Of a stretch of 64,000 bases of DNA, positions 51,970-61,373 are shown piece after piece. The notes below the pieces were generated by a model that was given only the letters and a program-made list of their open reading frames with translations, ran no database searches and was not told the DNA's origin. Source of the stretch: Microcoleus sp. (lineage in GTDB: Bacteria > Cyanobacteriota > Cyanobacteriia > Cyanobacteriales > Microcoleaceae). Positions within the stretch are counted from its first letter, which is position 1; each line of letters opens with the position of its first letter. The stretch is from NCBI GenBank assembly GCA_052279835.1, contig CP181291.1, forward strand, positions 1,824,001 to 1,888,000, written 5' to 3'. The position numbers were made by a program, and so were the translations under genes.

Positions 51970-52158
51970 ACACACCCCCAGCCCCTCTCTAGAGGGGAGC
52001 TAGATTCCCCTCTAGAGAGGGGGAATGAAATCCGGTTCCCCTCTAGAGAGGGGGAATGAAATCCGGTTCCCCTCCAGAGAGGGGGAATGAAATCCGGTTC
52101 CCCTCCAGGGAGGGGGAATGAAATCCGGTTCCCCTCCAGGGAGGGGTTAGGGGTGGGT
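51970..52158. repeat. Palindromic element with internal 31-bp tandem array
   Basis: TTCCCCTCYAGRGAGGGGGAATGAAATCCGG units start at 52005, 52036, 52067 and 52098, with a partial unit at 52129. Outer arms ACACACCCCCAGCCCCTC / GAGGGGTTAGGGGTGGGT. Confidence 0.9.
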
Positions 52159-52589
52159 CCACCACGACTCCCCAAAAACATTACGATCAAAAAATGTTGG
52201 GTTTCCTTCCGCAACCGAAGCTACAGTATCTCAACCAAACCACCAACACCAAATAAAATCATGGCTGAGGCGAGATTTTGGAAAAGACGAGACAAACCAA
52301 TCATCGACAACCAATACCACCTCCAGGAATTCTTATTATAAAATTAGCTTTATTTTGTGTTCAATCGCTTCTATAATAAACCTGAAATCTTTAAATGATA
52401 AATTCATATAATTTCCCTGCCCAAGAACGAATATTCGGCAAAACCCAACTAGACAGTTGCTTGAAGAAGCATATCCTCTACTTGTCTAATTTGCTCCCAA
52501 TTAATTCCTGCAACCCAAATACTTTCATCTATGAATTAATATAACCATGATTTGAACGTCTGACGCACCTTACTCTATGTGTCAGTTGC

Positions 52590-53090
52590 TTAGCTGTCAT
52601 TTGATTTATTTTCTCCAAGTTTGTTCTCTTCAGTTTCACCGTCTCCACTGTCGTCTAAATTTTTACTTTGCTCTGAAACTTCATAATTATCCATAATTTT
52701 GAGCAATAAATGCTTTAAATTCTTATCCGGTGGGCGTTTCTCAAATTCTGCGTGCGTGTAAATCCACAGCAACACAACTTCTTTTTTTGTAATATCTAAC
52801 AAATATATAAGTCGCCCCTGTTCAGAGGCTCCGTGAAGCTGAGGCATTTTAAACTCCAGCTTCCACAATTCCAACCCCTCACGGCTACTGCCTTTAGGCC
52901 ATTGTTCTAAATGTCCCAACGGTGGACGGGGACGGGGGTCAATGCTCAAAATTCTGAGAAATTTTTGGATTAATTCGACAAATTTTACTAATCCTGCCTG
53001 ATTTTTACGATAGCGATCGCGGATTAGTTTTTGCTGAGTTTTATCAAAGTTCTTCGAGAGCTTGATATGAAATTGCTCTGATCCGTTCAC
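52590..53090 (-). CDS. Putative RelE/ParE-superfamily toxin
   Basis: I.LSKNFDK...KL, LWKLEF, GRLIYLLD...VVLLWIYTH pattern; basic domain plus acidic tail. Overlaps the upstream gene by 47 bp. Confidence 0.6.
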   Translation of the reverse strand: MNGSEQFHIKLSKNFDKTQQKLIRDRYRKNQAGLVKFVELIQKFLRILSIDPRPRPPLGHLEQWPKGSSREGLELWKLEFKMPQLHGASEQGRLIYLLDITKKEVVLLWIYTHAEFEKRPPDKNLKHLLLKIMDNYEVSEQSKNLDDSGDGETEENKLGENKSNDS

Positions 53091-53538
53091 AGGCCTCCTC
53101 CGCCGTCATCGCCTCGCTAGTTTCCAACCCTGCAAAAGCTTCCTCCAGGGCTTCAGATAGTGCTTTTTCATAAGCCATATCTTCCCGTTCAATTCCACTC
53201 AAAATTGCATTAAGAAGACGTTGAAATGCTCCAGCATAAGCTATAAAAGCATCTTGCTCACCTTTGATTGCAATTGAAAATAAAGAAAAAGCCAAATAAA
53301 AACGCCCTAAAAATTTAATGAAAATTCCCTTAATTCCTTGAGGGGGTTCAATTAAGGCATAAGCAAAAATTTTGAGTAATTCTCGCGTTTCAGAGGGAAT
53401 CTGTTCCCAACGAGCGTCAATGATTACAGCTAAATTGTTTGCTTTTTGAGCCAGTTCCCAAAACTTTGAAGCGCTGGACGTGCGCGGCTGAAATATCTGC
53501 CGAATTTCGCTGGGGCTAATTGTAATAGTGGCTGACAT
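53044..53538 (-). CDS. Hypothetical protein, putative antitoxin partner
   Basis: GAGG SD + ATG at 53538 (MSATIT). Acidic C-terminus ALSEALEEAF...MTAEEACERI. Lies directly upstream of the RelE-like gene. Confidence 0.55.
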   Translation of the reverse strand: MSATITISPSEIRQIFQPRTSSASKFWELAQKANNLAVIIDARWEQIPSETRELLKIFAYALIEPPQGIKGIFIKFLGRFYLAFSLFSIAIKGEQDAFIAYAGAFQRLLNAILSGIEREDMAYEKALSEALEEAFAGLETSEAMTAEEACERIRAISYQALEEL

Positions 53539-53647
53539 TGGCCTGACCTCTTGCGATGCGATCGCTTTACTGATACTCAATCATTCTTAGTATATCAGTC
53601 AGGCCATAAAAAAAATTAGCTGTCATTACCAGTAGACAGGTCATACG

Positions 53648-53672
53648 AAAAAGGCGGGCCCGAAAGCCCGCC
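53648..53672 (-). terminator. Rho-independent terminator of groESL
   Basis: Minus strand GGCGGGC-TTTCGG-GCCCGCC-TTTTT, 15 nt after the groEL stop. Confidence 0.88.
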
Positions 53673-53687
53673 CCGTCAAACTATCGA

Positions 53688-55328
53688 TTAATAATCGAAG
53701 TCGCCGCCGCCCATGCCGCCGCCAGCACCAGCGCTAGCGCCTTCCTTGGGTTCAGGCTTGTCAACGACGATGCACTCGGTTGTCAGCACCATGCCGGCAA
53801 TAGATGCGGCATTTTGCAGAGCAGAACGAGTCACCTTCGCAGGGTCAACAATACCAGCTTCAAACATATCGACAAACTCGTTTGTCGCTGCGTTGAAACC
53901 AACGTTAAATGGCTTTTCTTTGACGCGCTCAGCAATCACAGCGCCATTCAAACCAGCATTTTCAGCAATCCGCTTCAGAGGAGCAGCCAAAGCACGGGCA
54001 ACAATTAATGCGCCGGTCAATTCTTCGCCCTTGAGGTTGCCATTAGCCCACTCTTCTAATTGAGGAGTCAGGTGAGCCAAAGTTGTACCACCACCAGGAA
54101 CGATGCCTTCTTCGACAGCAGCTTTGGTAGCGTTGATCGCATCTTCTAAACGCAGTTTGCGATCCTTCATTTCGGTTTCAGTCGCAGCGCCGACTTTGAT
54201 GACTGCAACGCCACCAGCCAATTTGGCCAAGCGTTCTTGCAGTTTTTCTTTGTCGTAGGAAGATTCGGTTTCGTCCATTTGACGGCGAATTTGTTCGCAG
54301 CGAGATTTGACAGCGACTTCGTTACCTTCGGCAACAATTGTGGTGCTGTCTTTGGTGATGGTGATGCGGCGAGCTTTGCCGATCATGTCCAGTTTGGTGT
54401 TTTCCAGTTTCAAACCGGCGTCTTCGGTGATTAGTTGACCGCCGGTCAAAACGGCGATATCTTCTAACATGGCTTTGCGTCGATCGCCAAAACCAGGTGC
54501 TTTGACAGCAGTTACATTGAGCACACCGCGCAGTTTGTTGACAACGAGGGTGGCTAGAGCTTCTTTCTCAATGTCTTCTGCAATGATCAGCAGCGGGCTT
54601 CCAGAACGTGCTACTTGTTCGAGCACTGGTACTAAGTCTTGTACCATGCCGATTTTTTTATCTGTCAGCAAGATGAAGGGGTTGTCGAGTACCGCTTCCA
54701 TCCGTTCGGTGTCGGTGACGAAGTAAGGCGAAATGTAGCCTTTGTCGAAGCGCATCCCTTCGGTGATTTCGAGTTCGGTGGTCATGGATTTGCCTTCTTC
54801 AAGGGAAATCACGCCTTCTTTGCCCACTTTGTCCATGGCGTTGGCAATCATTTGGCCAACTTCGTCGTCGTTGCCGGCGGAGATGGAGCCGACTTGAGCG
54901 ATGGCTTTGGAATCTTCTACTTGTTTGGCGTGTTCGGCAATTTTTTCTACCAAAAAGGTGGTTGCTTTGTCAACACCACGTTTGAGGGCGATCGCATTTG
55001 CACCAGCAGCTACGTTCCGCAGGCCTTCTTTGACCATTGCGTGGGCCAGAACGGTAGCAGTTGTGGTGCCGTCGCCTGCTGCGTCGTTGGTTTTGGAGGC
55101 GGCTTGACGAATTAGAGCAACGCCTGTATTTTCTACATGGTCTTCTAGTTCGATTTCTTTGGCGATGGTAACGCCGTCATTGACGATTTGAGGAGCTCCG
55201 AATTTCTTTTCGAGAACTACGTTACGGCCTTTGGGACCGAGGGTAACTGCCACTGCTTCGGCGAGAATGTCCATACCGCGTTCGAGGGCGCGACGTGCAT
55301 TTTCGTTGTAGATTATACGCTTAGCCAT
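53688..55328 (-). CDS. groEL: Chaperonin GroEL (operonic GroEL1)
   Basis: [20 protein letters not shown] and GIVPGGG. C-terminal GMGGGDFDY is typical of cyanobacterial GroEL1. Confidence 0.98.
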   Translation of the reverse strand: MAKRIIYNENARRALERGMDILAEAVAVTLGPKGRNVVLEKKFGAPQIVNDGVTIAKEIELEDHVENTGVALIRQAASKTNDAAGDGTTTATVLAHAMVKEGLRNVAAGANAIALKRGVDKATTFLVEKIAEHAKQVEDSKAIAQVGSISAGNDDEVGQMIANAMDKVGKEGVISLEEGKSMTTELEITEGMRFDKGYISPYFVTDTERMEAVLDNPFILLTDKKIGMVQDLVPVLEQVARSGSPLLIIAEDIEKEALATLVVNKLRGVLNVTAVKAPGFGDRRKAMLEDIAVLTGGQLITEDAGLKLENTKLDMIGKARRITITKDSTTIVAEGNEVAVKSRCEQIRRQMDETESSYDKEKLQERLAKLAGGVAVIKVGAATETEMKDRKLRLEDAINATKAAVEEGIVPGGGTTLAHLTPQLEEWANGNLKGEELTGALIVARALAAPLKRIAENAGLNGAVIAERVKEKPFNVGFNAATNEFVDMFEAGIVDPAKVTRSALQNAASIAGMVLTTECIVVDKPEPKEGASAGAGGGMGGGDFDY

Positions 55329-55375
55329 AGTTTTTTGGGGGTTTTGGGTTTAAGATTTGGGATTTTTGGATGGCG

Positions 55376-55455
55376 GTCATTTGTCGTTTGTCATTAGTTT
55401 GTTGGCGTTGTTCGCGATCGAACTAATGACTGATGACTAATGACTAATGACTAAG
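55376..55455. repeat. Facing heptamer repeats (GTCATTW)n / (CTAATGA)n between groES and groEL
   Basis: Two mutually complementary heptamer runs separated by about 25 nt. Confidence 0.75.
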
Positions 55456-55461
55456 GATTAA

Positions 55462-55773
55462 TTAGTTAACGATCGCCAGAATATCTTTTTCTGCCAACAA
55501 GACGTATTCATCGGTGCCGAGTTTGATGTCGGTGCCGGCATACTTCGAGTAGAGAACTTTGTCACCGACTTTGACTTCCATTTCCACGCGCTGACCGTCG
55601 TCATTGCGTTTGCCGGGGCCCACTGCCGCGACTTCCCCTACTTGGGGCTTTTCTTTGGCTGTGTCAGGCAGAAGGATGCCGCCGGCGGTTTTTTCTTCGC
55701 TAGCGCTTACTTTCACGAACACGCGCTCGCCTAGTGGTTTAACGGTAGAAACACTCAGTGATACTGCTGCCAT
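55462..55773 (-). CDS. groES: Co-chaperonin GroES
   Basis: [21 protein letters not shown] and [14 protein letters not shown]. Confidence 0.98.
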   Translation of the reverse strand: MAAVSLSVSTVKPLGERVFVKVSASEEKTAGGILLPDTAKEKPQVGEVAAVGPGKRNDDGQRVEMEVKVGDKVLYSKYAGTDIKLGTDEYVLLAEKDILAIVN

Positions 55774-55859
55774 AAATAAATCTCCAGATTACAGATTGTC
55801 GTCAGTCAGTGGTCAGGAGTCACTGTCAAAGCAACAGCCGACTACTTACAACTGACATA

Positions 55860-55886
55860 TTAGCACTCTCGACTCCTGAGTGCTAA
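55860..55886. promoter_or_regulatory. CIRCE operator (HrcA site)
   Basis: Perfect TTAGCACTC-N9-GAGTGCTAA upstream of groES. Confidence 0.97.
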
Positions 55887-55913
55887 TTTAGCTTTAGTTA
55901 AGGGCGATCGCAA
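55885..55913 (-). promoter_or_regulatory. groESL promoter (-35 TTGCGA, 17 bp spacer, -10 TAAATT)
   Basis: Read on the minus strand. The -10 overlaps the CIRCE edge. Confidence 0.7.
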
Positions 55914-55924
55914 CTTGCGTGTCT

Positions 55925-55940
55925 GTACGGGTTCCCGAAC
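55925..55940 (-). promoter_or_regulatory. K-box
   Basis: Minus strand GTTCGG-GAAC-CCGTAC matches GTTCGG-NNAN-CCNNAC, 11 bp upstream of the -35. Confidence 0.85.
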
Positions 55941-56046
55941 CCAGAAGGAGTGGGAGAGTCGGAAAGTGGCGGAGAATGGGAGAGTCCCAGAGGGGGAGAG
56001 TGGGGGAGTGAGGTAAAATTTAAAATCTATTTACCAAGGAATTCAG

Positions 56047-56472
56047 ATGTCAGAAAATCAGGATGAATCTTGCTCTCAAGACTTGAGGGCGTGTGTGGAA
56101 AGCCTGGGACTGGCTCACATAGAGCGACATATTTTTATCTGTGCCGACCAAACCGTACCCAAGTGCTGCGATCGCGCCACCAGTCTCGAAGCATGGAACT
56201 ACCTCAAAAAACGCTTGCAAGAACTGGGATTGGATCGGCCCAGTGTCTCACGGCCTACCTGCATCTTTCGTACCAAAGCCAATTGCCTACGAGTTTGTAC
56301 TCAAGGGCCAATCATGGTAGTCTATCCAGACGGAGTTTGGTATCGCGACGTTACACCCGTGGCGATCGAGAGAATTATTCAGGAACATCTCCTCAACTCC
56401 AAGGTGGTTCAAGAATACGCTTTCTTGACTCAACCTTTACCAGTAACAACTCTGACGGAGCAAAACCCTTAA
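56047..56472 (+). CDS. Thioredoxin-like [2Fe-2S] ferredoxin
   Basis: RHIFIC...KCC and RTKANCLRVCTQGPIMVVYPDGVWY. Confidence 0.9.
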   Translation: MSENQDESCSQDLRACVESLGLAHIERHIFICADQTVPKCCDRATSLEAWNYLKKRLQELGLDRPSVSRPTCIFRTKANCLRVCTQGPIMVVYPDGVWYRDVTPVAIERIIQEHLLNSKVVQEYAFLTQPLPVTTLTEQNP

Positions 56473-57002
56473 TTGTAGCGTTTAAATGTTAAATTTAAGG
56501 GTGAGAATCTGATTATTGTTCAGCGTCGAGTCGATCGCACCTGTGACAGCTCAAAGCAGCGTGAGTTTGCCGAAAAAGTTTCTCAGTGCTAGGCAGTAAG
56601 CAATTTGCCAAACTACACTAGAAAAAGTTAAACACGTAAGTAGGGATTCTGCTTAAATCTCTCTATATCAGAAGTATCATTTAAAACCGGGGCATCAACC
56701 GGCAATTAAACCGATCGAGATTAAATATAACTAAGGCTCTCCCAGACAGTCTCCAATCAATTAAGGTCGATCGTTACAGGATCGCCCATCACAGGTTTTG
56801 GCTCCGTTCCTGGTCGCAAGACATTGACAAACGGGCATCAACAACAGGTTCGGAAGCGGTAATACCCGCCCCGCTTTCCCCTCACCGCAATCCCTTCACC
56901 CCATCACCGTCCTCCAAACCCCCGCAGGGGATAAGGGGGGACGGCCAGAAAACACCGGAGTGAAAACAAGCAAGCCAGCGGAATACTTTAGCGGGAATTA
57001 AC

Positions 57003-57653
57003 ATGACAAAGGAAAATAATTCAGGAGAGCAAAAAAGGCTGATGCTGGTTGACGACGACCCCAACTTGATCTTGCTAGTCAAGGATTACTTAGAGTTTCG
57101 GGGTTATAACGTCATTACAGCAGAAAACGGCAGACACGCTCTGGAAAAACTCGAACAAGAAGTTCCCGACTTGATCATCTGCGATGTGATGATGCCGGAA
57201 ATGGATGGGTACACTTTAGTCAAGCACATCAGAGAAGACCCTCGCACTAACTGGATTCCTGTTCTATTCTTATCTGCTAAAGGTCAAAGCTCAGACCGAG
57301 TAAAAGGCCTGAGCACGGGGGCTGATGTTTATATAGTTAAACCTTTTGAGCCCGAAGAACTGGTAGCTCAAGTAGAATCTTCTTTGAAAGCCGCATCCCG
57401 CTTGATTCGACACCGCAATGAAGGTATTGACAGCGGGCTCAAAATTAAAGCGCGGCGCAATGTCGAATTGACTCCCACCGAGTTAAAGGTGGTACAGTTG
57501 CTAGCGCAAGGTATGGCAAACCGCCAAATCGCAGAGGTGATGAATGTCAGCCAGCGAACTATTGAAAGCCACGTCAGCAATATGCTAGGCAAAACCGGTC
57601 TCCACAACCGGACAGAGTTAGCTCGCTGGGCACTAGAAAGCAAAAAAGCTTAA
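57003..57653 (+). CDS. rre1: NarL/LuxR-family response regulator, Rre1 (Ycf29) orthologue
   Basis: LVDDDPNLILLVKDYLE, WIPVLFLSAKGQS and LuxR HTH SQRTIESHVSNMLGKTGLHNRTELARW. Confidence 0.8.
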   Translation: MTKENNSGEQKRLMLVDDDPNLILLVKDYLEFRGYNVITAENGRHALEKLEQEVPDLIICDVMMPEMDGYTLVKHIREDPRTNWIPVLFLSAKGQSSDRVKGLSTGADVYIVKPFEPEELVAQVESSLKAASRLIRHRNEGIDSGLKIKARRNVELTPTELKVVQLLAQGMANRQIAEVMNVSQRTIESHVSNMLGKTGLHNRTELARWALESKKA

Positions 57654-58020
57654 GCTGGGTGGGCTGCTATAAAATGAGGGGGTTGATTAACAGCAAGACT
57701 TTTTCTAACATTTGTAACGGAAAAGGTGTTGCCAAGGCGCTGCGCTATGCCACGCAGGCGGTCGGGCTGTAGTCAGTCGTTAGAACCCCCATTAACCTTG
57801 ACACCGAAGCCGCCCGCTTAGTTGATAGATGTCTGGTTTTTGGGAATGATGGGTCAATTATGGGAGCTTTTAAAAAGGCCCTCTGGCGGTAGAGCCTAAA
57901 ATATGAAATACTGGGGAGATAGAGTTTTCTGAAGTTTAATCTATTGCCTCAGTTAGCTCCATATTGCTAAAATGTGATATTTAGATTAATTTCTTTCTAC
58001 AATTATTAGGTCTAAGTTCT

Positions 58021-58542
58021 ATGACAAACTTAATGAACCGCCTTTCTATTTTTGTGGACGGGAACAATATGTTCTACGCTCAACAAAAGAACGGTTGGTT
58101 TTTTGATCCCCGTAGGGTGCTCGAATATTTCAAAACTTCGCAGCCGAATGTAATCTTGATTAATGCTTTCTGGTATACAGGTCTGAAAGACCCGCAAGAT
58201 CAAAGAGGGTTTCGAGATGCTTTAATCAGTCTGGGTTACACGGTGCGCACTAAGATTCTTAAGGAATATTACGATGATGCTTCTGGTCGATATTCTCAAA
58301 AGGCTAATTTAGACATAGAAATTGTGGTTGATATGTTTAATACGGTGGATCAATATGACCAGGTGGTACTGTTTAGCGGGGATGGGGATTTTGAGCGAGC
58401 GATCGAGCTACTGCGCTCGAAAAATACTCATATTACTGTGGTATCAACCGAAGGCATGATTGCTAGAGAACTCCGAAATGCCACAGATAGGTATATAGAC
58501 TTAAATGAAATTCGGGAACATATCGAAAAAATGGATTATTAG
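58021..58542 (+). CDS. labA: LabA (NYN domain) circadian feedback protein
   Basis: DGNNMFYAQQKNGWFFDPRRVL, WYTGLKDPQDQRGFRDAL and FSGDGDFERA. Confidence 0.92.
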   Translation: MTNLMNRLSIFVDGNNMFYAQQKNGWFFDPRRVLEYFKTSQPNVILINAFWYTGLKDPQDQRGFRDALISLGYTVRTKILKEYYDDASGRYSQKANLDIEIVVDMFNTVDQYDQVVLFSGDGDFERAIELLRSKNTHITVVSTEGMIARELRNATDRYIDLNEIREHIEKMDY

Positions 58543-58623
58543 TTAGTAGTTAGTAGTTATTAGTTAGTAGTTAGTAGTTATTAGTTATTAGTTAGTAGTT
58601 AGTAGTTATTAGTTATTAGTTAG
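58540..58623. repeat. (TAGTTAK)12 heptamer tandem repeat
   Basis: 12 units of TAGTTAG/TAGTTAT starting at the labA stop codon. Confidence 0.93.
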
Positions 58624-58716
58624 GGGCGGGAGGGATAAAAAAAATAGAATCGTGACGAAGGACTAATTGCCAAAATCGGTGTACAAGTAAAATTCAAGAG
58701 ACACTTTTTGAGAACT

Positions 58717-60339
58717 ATGAACACTCAACAAAATCAAGACAGGATTCTAATTTTTGATACGACTTTGCGCGACGGAGAACAATCTCCTGGCGCATCTCTG
58801 AATGTGGAGGAAAAACTGACGATCGCCCGTCAGTTAGCCAGATTGGGTGTAGACATCATCGAAGCAGGTTTCCCTTTCACCAGCCCAGGAGATTTTGAGG
58901 CAGTTCAAAAAATAGCCAGAGCAGTGGGCACAGAAAATGGGCCGACAATTTGTGGCTTAGCCAGGGCGCGAAAACCAGACATCAAAACAGCAGCCGAAGC
59001 TCTGAAGCCAGCCGCCAATGCGCGAATTCATACGTTTCTGGCTACGTCTGATATTCACCTGGAATATAAACTGAAAAAGACGCGGGTCCAAGTGCTGGAA
59101 ATAGTTCCAGAAATGGTAGCTTATGCTAAGTCTTTTGTCGAAGATGTGGAATTTTCCCCCGAAGATGCTTGCCGTTCTGAACCAGAGTTTTTATATCAAG
59201 TTCTGGAACGGGCGATCGCAGCCGGAGCCACAACTGTGAATATTCCCGATACAGTCGGCTATACAACTCCCAGCGAGTATGGTGCTTTGATTAGGGGAAT
59301 TAAAGAAAATGTACCCAATATCGATCGCGCAATTATTTCAGTCCACGGTCACAATGATTTAGGACTAGCAGTAGCTAACTTTTTGGAAGCCGTGAAAAAT
59401 GGTGCAAGACAGTTGGAATGCACGATTAATGGCATTGGCGAACGAGCAGGAAATGCAGCTCTCGAAGAGTTAGTGATGGCCCTGTACGTGCGACGTCAAT
59501 ATTTTAATCCATTTTTGGGTAGACCAGCAGAATCAGAAGAGCCACTGACCAATATTGACTCGCGCCAAATTTACAAAACATCGCGCTTAGTTTCCAATTT
59601 GACGGGGATGTTGGTGCAGCCAAATAAGGCGATTGTAGGGGCAAATGCCTTCGCTCACGAGTCGGGAATTCACCAGGATGGGGTGCTGAAAAATAAGCGG
59701 ACTTACGAGATTATGGACGCTGAATCCATCGGCTTAACTGAAAATCAAATCGTACTGGGCAAATTGTCGGGGCGTCATGCTTTTCACAGTCGCTTGAAAG
59801 AGTTGGGTTTTGAAATGGGTGATGATGAGCTAAATAAGGCTTTTGTCAAATTTAAGGATTTAGCTGACAAGAAAAAAGAGATTACTGATTGGGACTTGGA
59901 GGCGATCGCCAACAACGAAGTCCATCAAGCACCGGAACTTTTCCGGTTAGAATTGGTGCAGGTTTCCTGTGGCGACAAATCTCGTCCCACAGCCACAGTC
60001 ACCGTGCGGACTCCGACGGGGGAAGAATTGACTGATGCTGCGATCGGCACTGGCCCAGTAGATGCAATTTACAGAGCAATTAACCGAGTGGTAAATCTCC
60101 CCAATGAGTTGATTGAGTTTTCGGTACAATCGGTAACAGCGGGAATTGATGCGATCGGCGAAGTCACAATTCGCCTGCGTCACCAAGGCAAAGTATTTTC
60201 TGGACACTCAGCCAATACTGACATTATTGTAGCCTCCGCCGAAGCTTACATCAGCGCCTTAAATCGCCTTTACGGAGTATTGCAGCAGGAATCTACTGCT
60301 GATAAAACATCCAAAGTTGTAACAGTCGCTCAGTCATAA
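58717..60339 (+). CDS. leuA: 2-isopropylmalate synthase
   Basis: [35 protein letters not shown] and regulatory domain GTGPVDA. Confidence 0.96.
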   Translation: MNTQQNQDRILIFDTTLRDGEQSPGASLNVEEKLTIARQLARLGVDIIEAGFPFTSPGDFEAVQKIARAVGTENGPTICGLARARKPDIKTAAEALKPAANARIHTFLATSDIHLEYKLKKTRVQVLEIVPEMVAYAKSFVEDVEFSPEDACRSEPEFLYQVLERAIAAGATTVNIPDTVGYTTPSEYGALIRGIKENVPNIDRAIISVHGHNDLGLAVANFLEAVKNGARQLECTINGIGERAGNAALEELVMALYVRRQYFNPFLGRPAESEEPLTNIDSRQIYKTSRLVSNLTGMLVQPNKAIVGANAFAHESGIHQDGVLKNKRTYEIMDAESIGLTENQIVLGKLSGRHAFHSRLKELGFEMGDDELNKAFVKFKDLADKKKEITDWDLEAIANNEVHQAPELFRLELVQVSCGDKSRPTATVTVRTPTGEELTDAAIGTGPVDAIYRAINRVVNLPNELIEFSVQSVTAGIDAIGEVTIRLRHQGKVFSGHSANTDIIVASAEAYISALNRLYGVLQQESTADKTSKVVTVAQS

Positions 60340-60372
60340 ATTGCCAATTATTTATCAGTTTTCAGTTAATTT

Positions 60373-60397
60373 GTAGGGCGGGCATTGCTCGCCCTAC
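60373..60397. repeat. GTAG-type REP palindrome downstream of leuA
   Basis: GTAGGGCGGGCA-T-TGCTCGCCCTAC. Confidence 0.7.
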
Positions 60398-60493
60398 TGC
60401 TGTAAAATCACCCAAAAATCAGCGAAAAAGTTGTTGGCAGCGAGTTAGATAAAATCCGGTAGCATCTGAATTATTCACCTCTCTATTCTCTTC

Positions 60494-60531
60494 CTCTGTG
60501 CCCTCTGTGTTCTCTGCGGTTAAATCATTCC
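60494..60531. repeat. Dispersed CTCTGTG-nonamer repeat, copy 2
   Basis: 36/38 identical to 40697-40734. Confidence 0.85.
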
Positions 60532-60557
60532 CATGCAACTAATTAAGATTCCATAAT

Positions 60558-61358
60558 ATGCAAGAAGAAACCTTACAAAAAGAGCGACAATTCCACGATG
60601 CTTGGGCATCCACAATCGACGTTGACGGCATTCGAGTCAACGATTACTTTGAAGCTTGTACAGCCCCCGAAAATAGATTCATCGTCCAACAAATGGGCGA
60701 TATCACGGGCAAACGCCTCCTAGATTTAGGCTGCGGTGCTGGAGAAAATAGCGTTTATTTTGCAAAAAAAGGCGCGCTGTGTACGGCGGCTGACTATTCT
60801 CAGGGCATGGTAGAAGTTGCTCTGAAATTAGCAGAGACAAACGGCGTCAAAATCGAAGGTTGCACGGTAAATGCCATGGCGCTAGATTTCCCCGATAATA
60901 GTTTTGATATTGTTTACGCTTCTAATTTGCTGCACCATATACCGGAACCCGAAAAAGCGATTCGGGAAATGCACCGCGTGTTGAAACCGGGCGGCAAAGC
61001 TTGTTTTTGGGACCCGATGAAGCACAATCCAGTCATTAATGTTTACCGCAGGATGGCGACGGAGGTGCGCACTGAGGATGAAACTCCTTTGGATATTAAT
61101 ATTGTGAAATTTGTCAAGTCTTTGTTTTCCGAGACAGCTTACGACACATTTTGGTTGACATCGCTTTGGATTTTTTTACGTTTTTATTTAATCGAAAAAG
61201 TGCATCCCAATGAGGAACGTTATTGGAAGAAGATTATTATTGAACAAGAGAGATTAAAACCAGAGTATTCTCGGTTGGAAGGGTTGGATAGTTTTTTAAA
61301 GAAGTTGCCTTTGATGAAACGGTTGGCTTGGAATTTGGCTGTGGTAGCAACTAAGTAA
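60558..61358 (+). CDS. Class I SAM-dependent methyltransferase
   Basis: LLDLGCGAG, FPDNSFDIV and RVLKPGG. Confidence 0.9.
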   Translation: MQEETLQKERQFHDAWASTIDVDGIRVNDYFEACTAPENRFIVQQMGDITGKRLLDLGCGAGENSVYFAKKGALCTAADYSQGMVEVALKLAETNGVKIEGCTVNAMALDFPDNSFDIVYASNLLHHIPEPEKAIREMHRVLKPGGKACFWDPMKHNPVINVYRRMATEVRTEDETPLDINIVKFVKSLFSETAYDTFWLTSLWIFLRFYLIEKVHPNEERYWKKIIIEQERLKPEYSRLEGLDSFLKKLPLMKRLAWNLAVVATK

Positions 61359-61373
61359 TTTCAGGAAGTACCA

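Noticed and set aside
52005..52146. Possible CRISPR array (31-bp palindromic units)
   Set aside because: The units are contiguous with an invariant linker. There are no unique spacers and no cas genes.
51951..52341. ORFs 51951..52214(-) and 52087..52341(+)
   Set aside because: They are translations of the tandem repeat. ORFs 1343..1549, 1380..1577 and 38170..38367 are likewise repeat-derived.
52300..52535. Gene remnants on the minus strand (IDESIWVAGINWEQIRQVEDMLLQ...; MNLSFKDFRFIIEAIEHKIK)
   Set aside because: They look coding-like but are short and interrupted, and I cannot assign them to a family.
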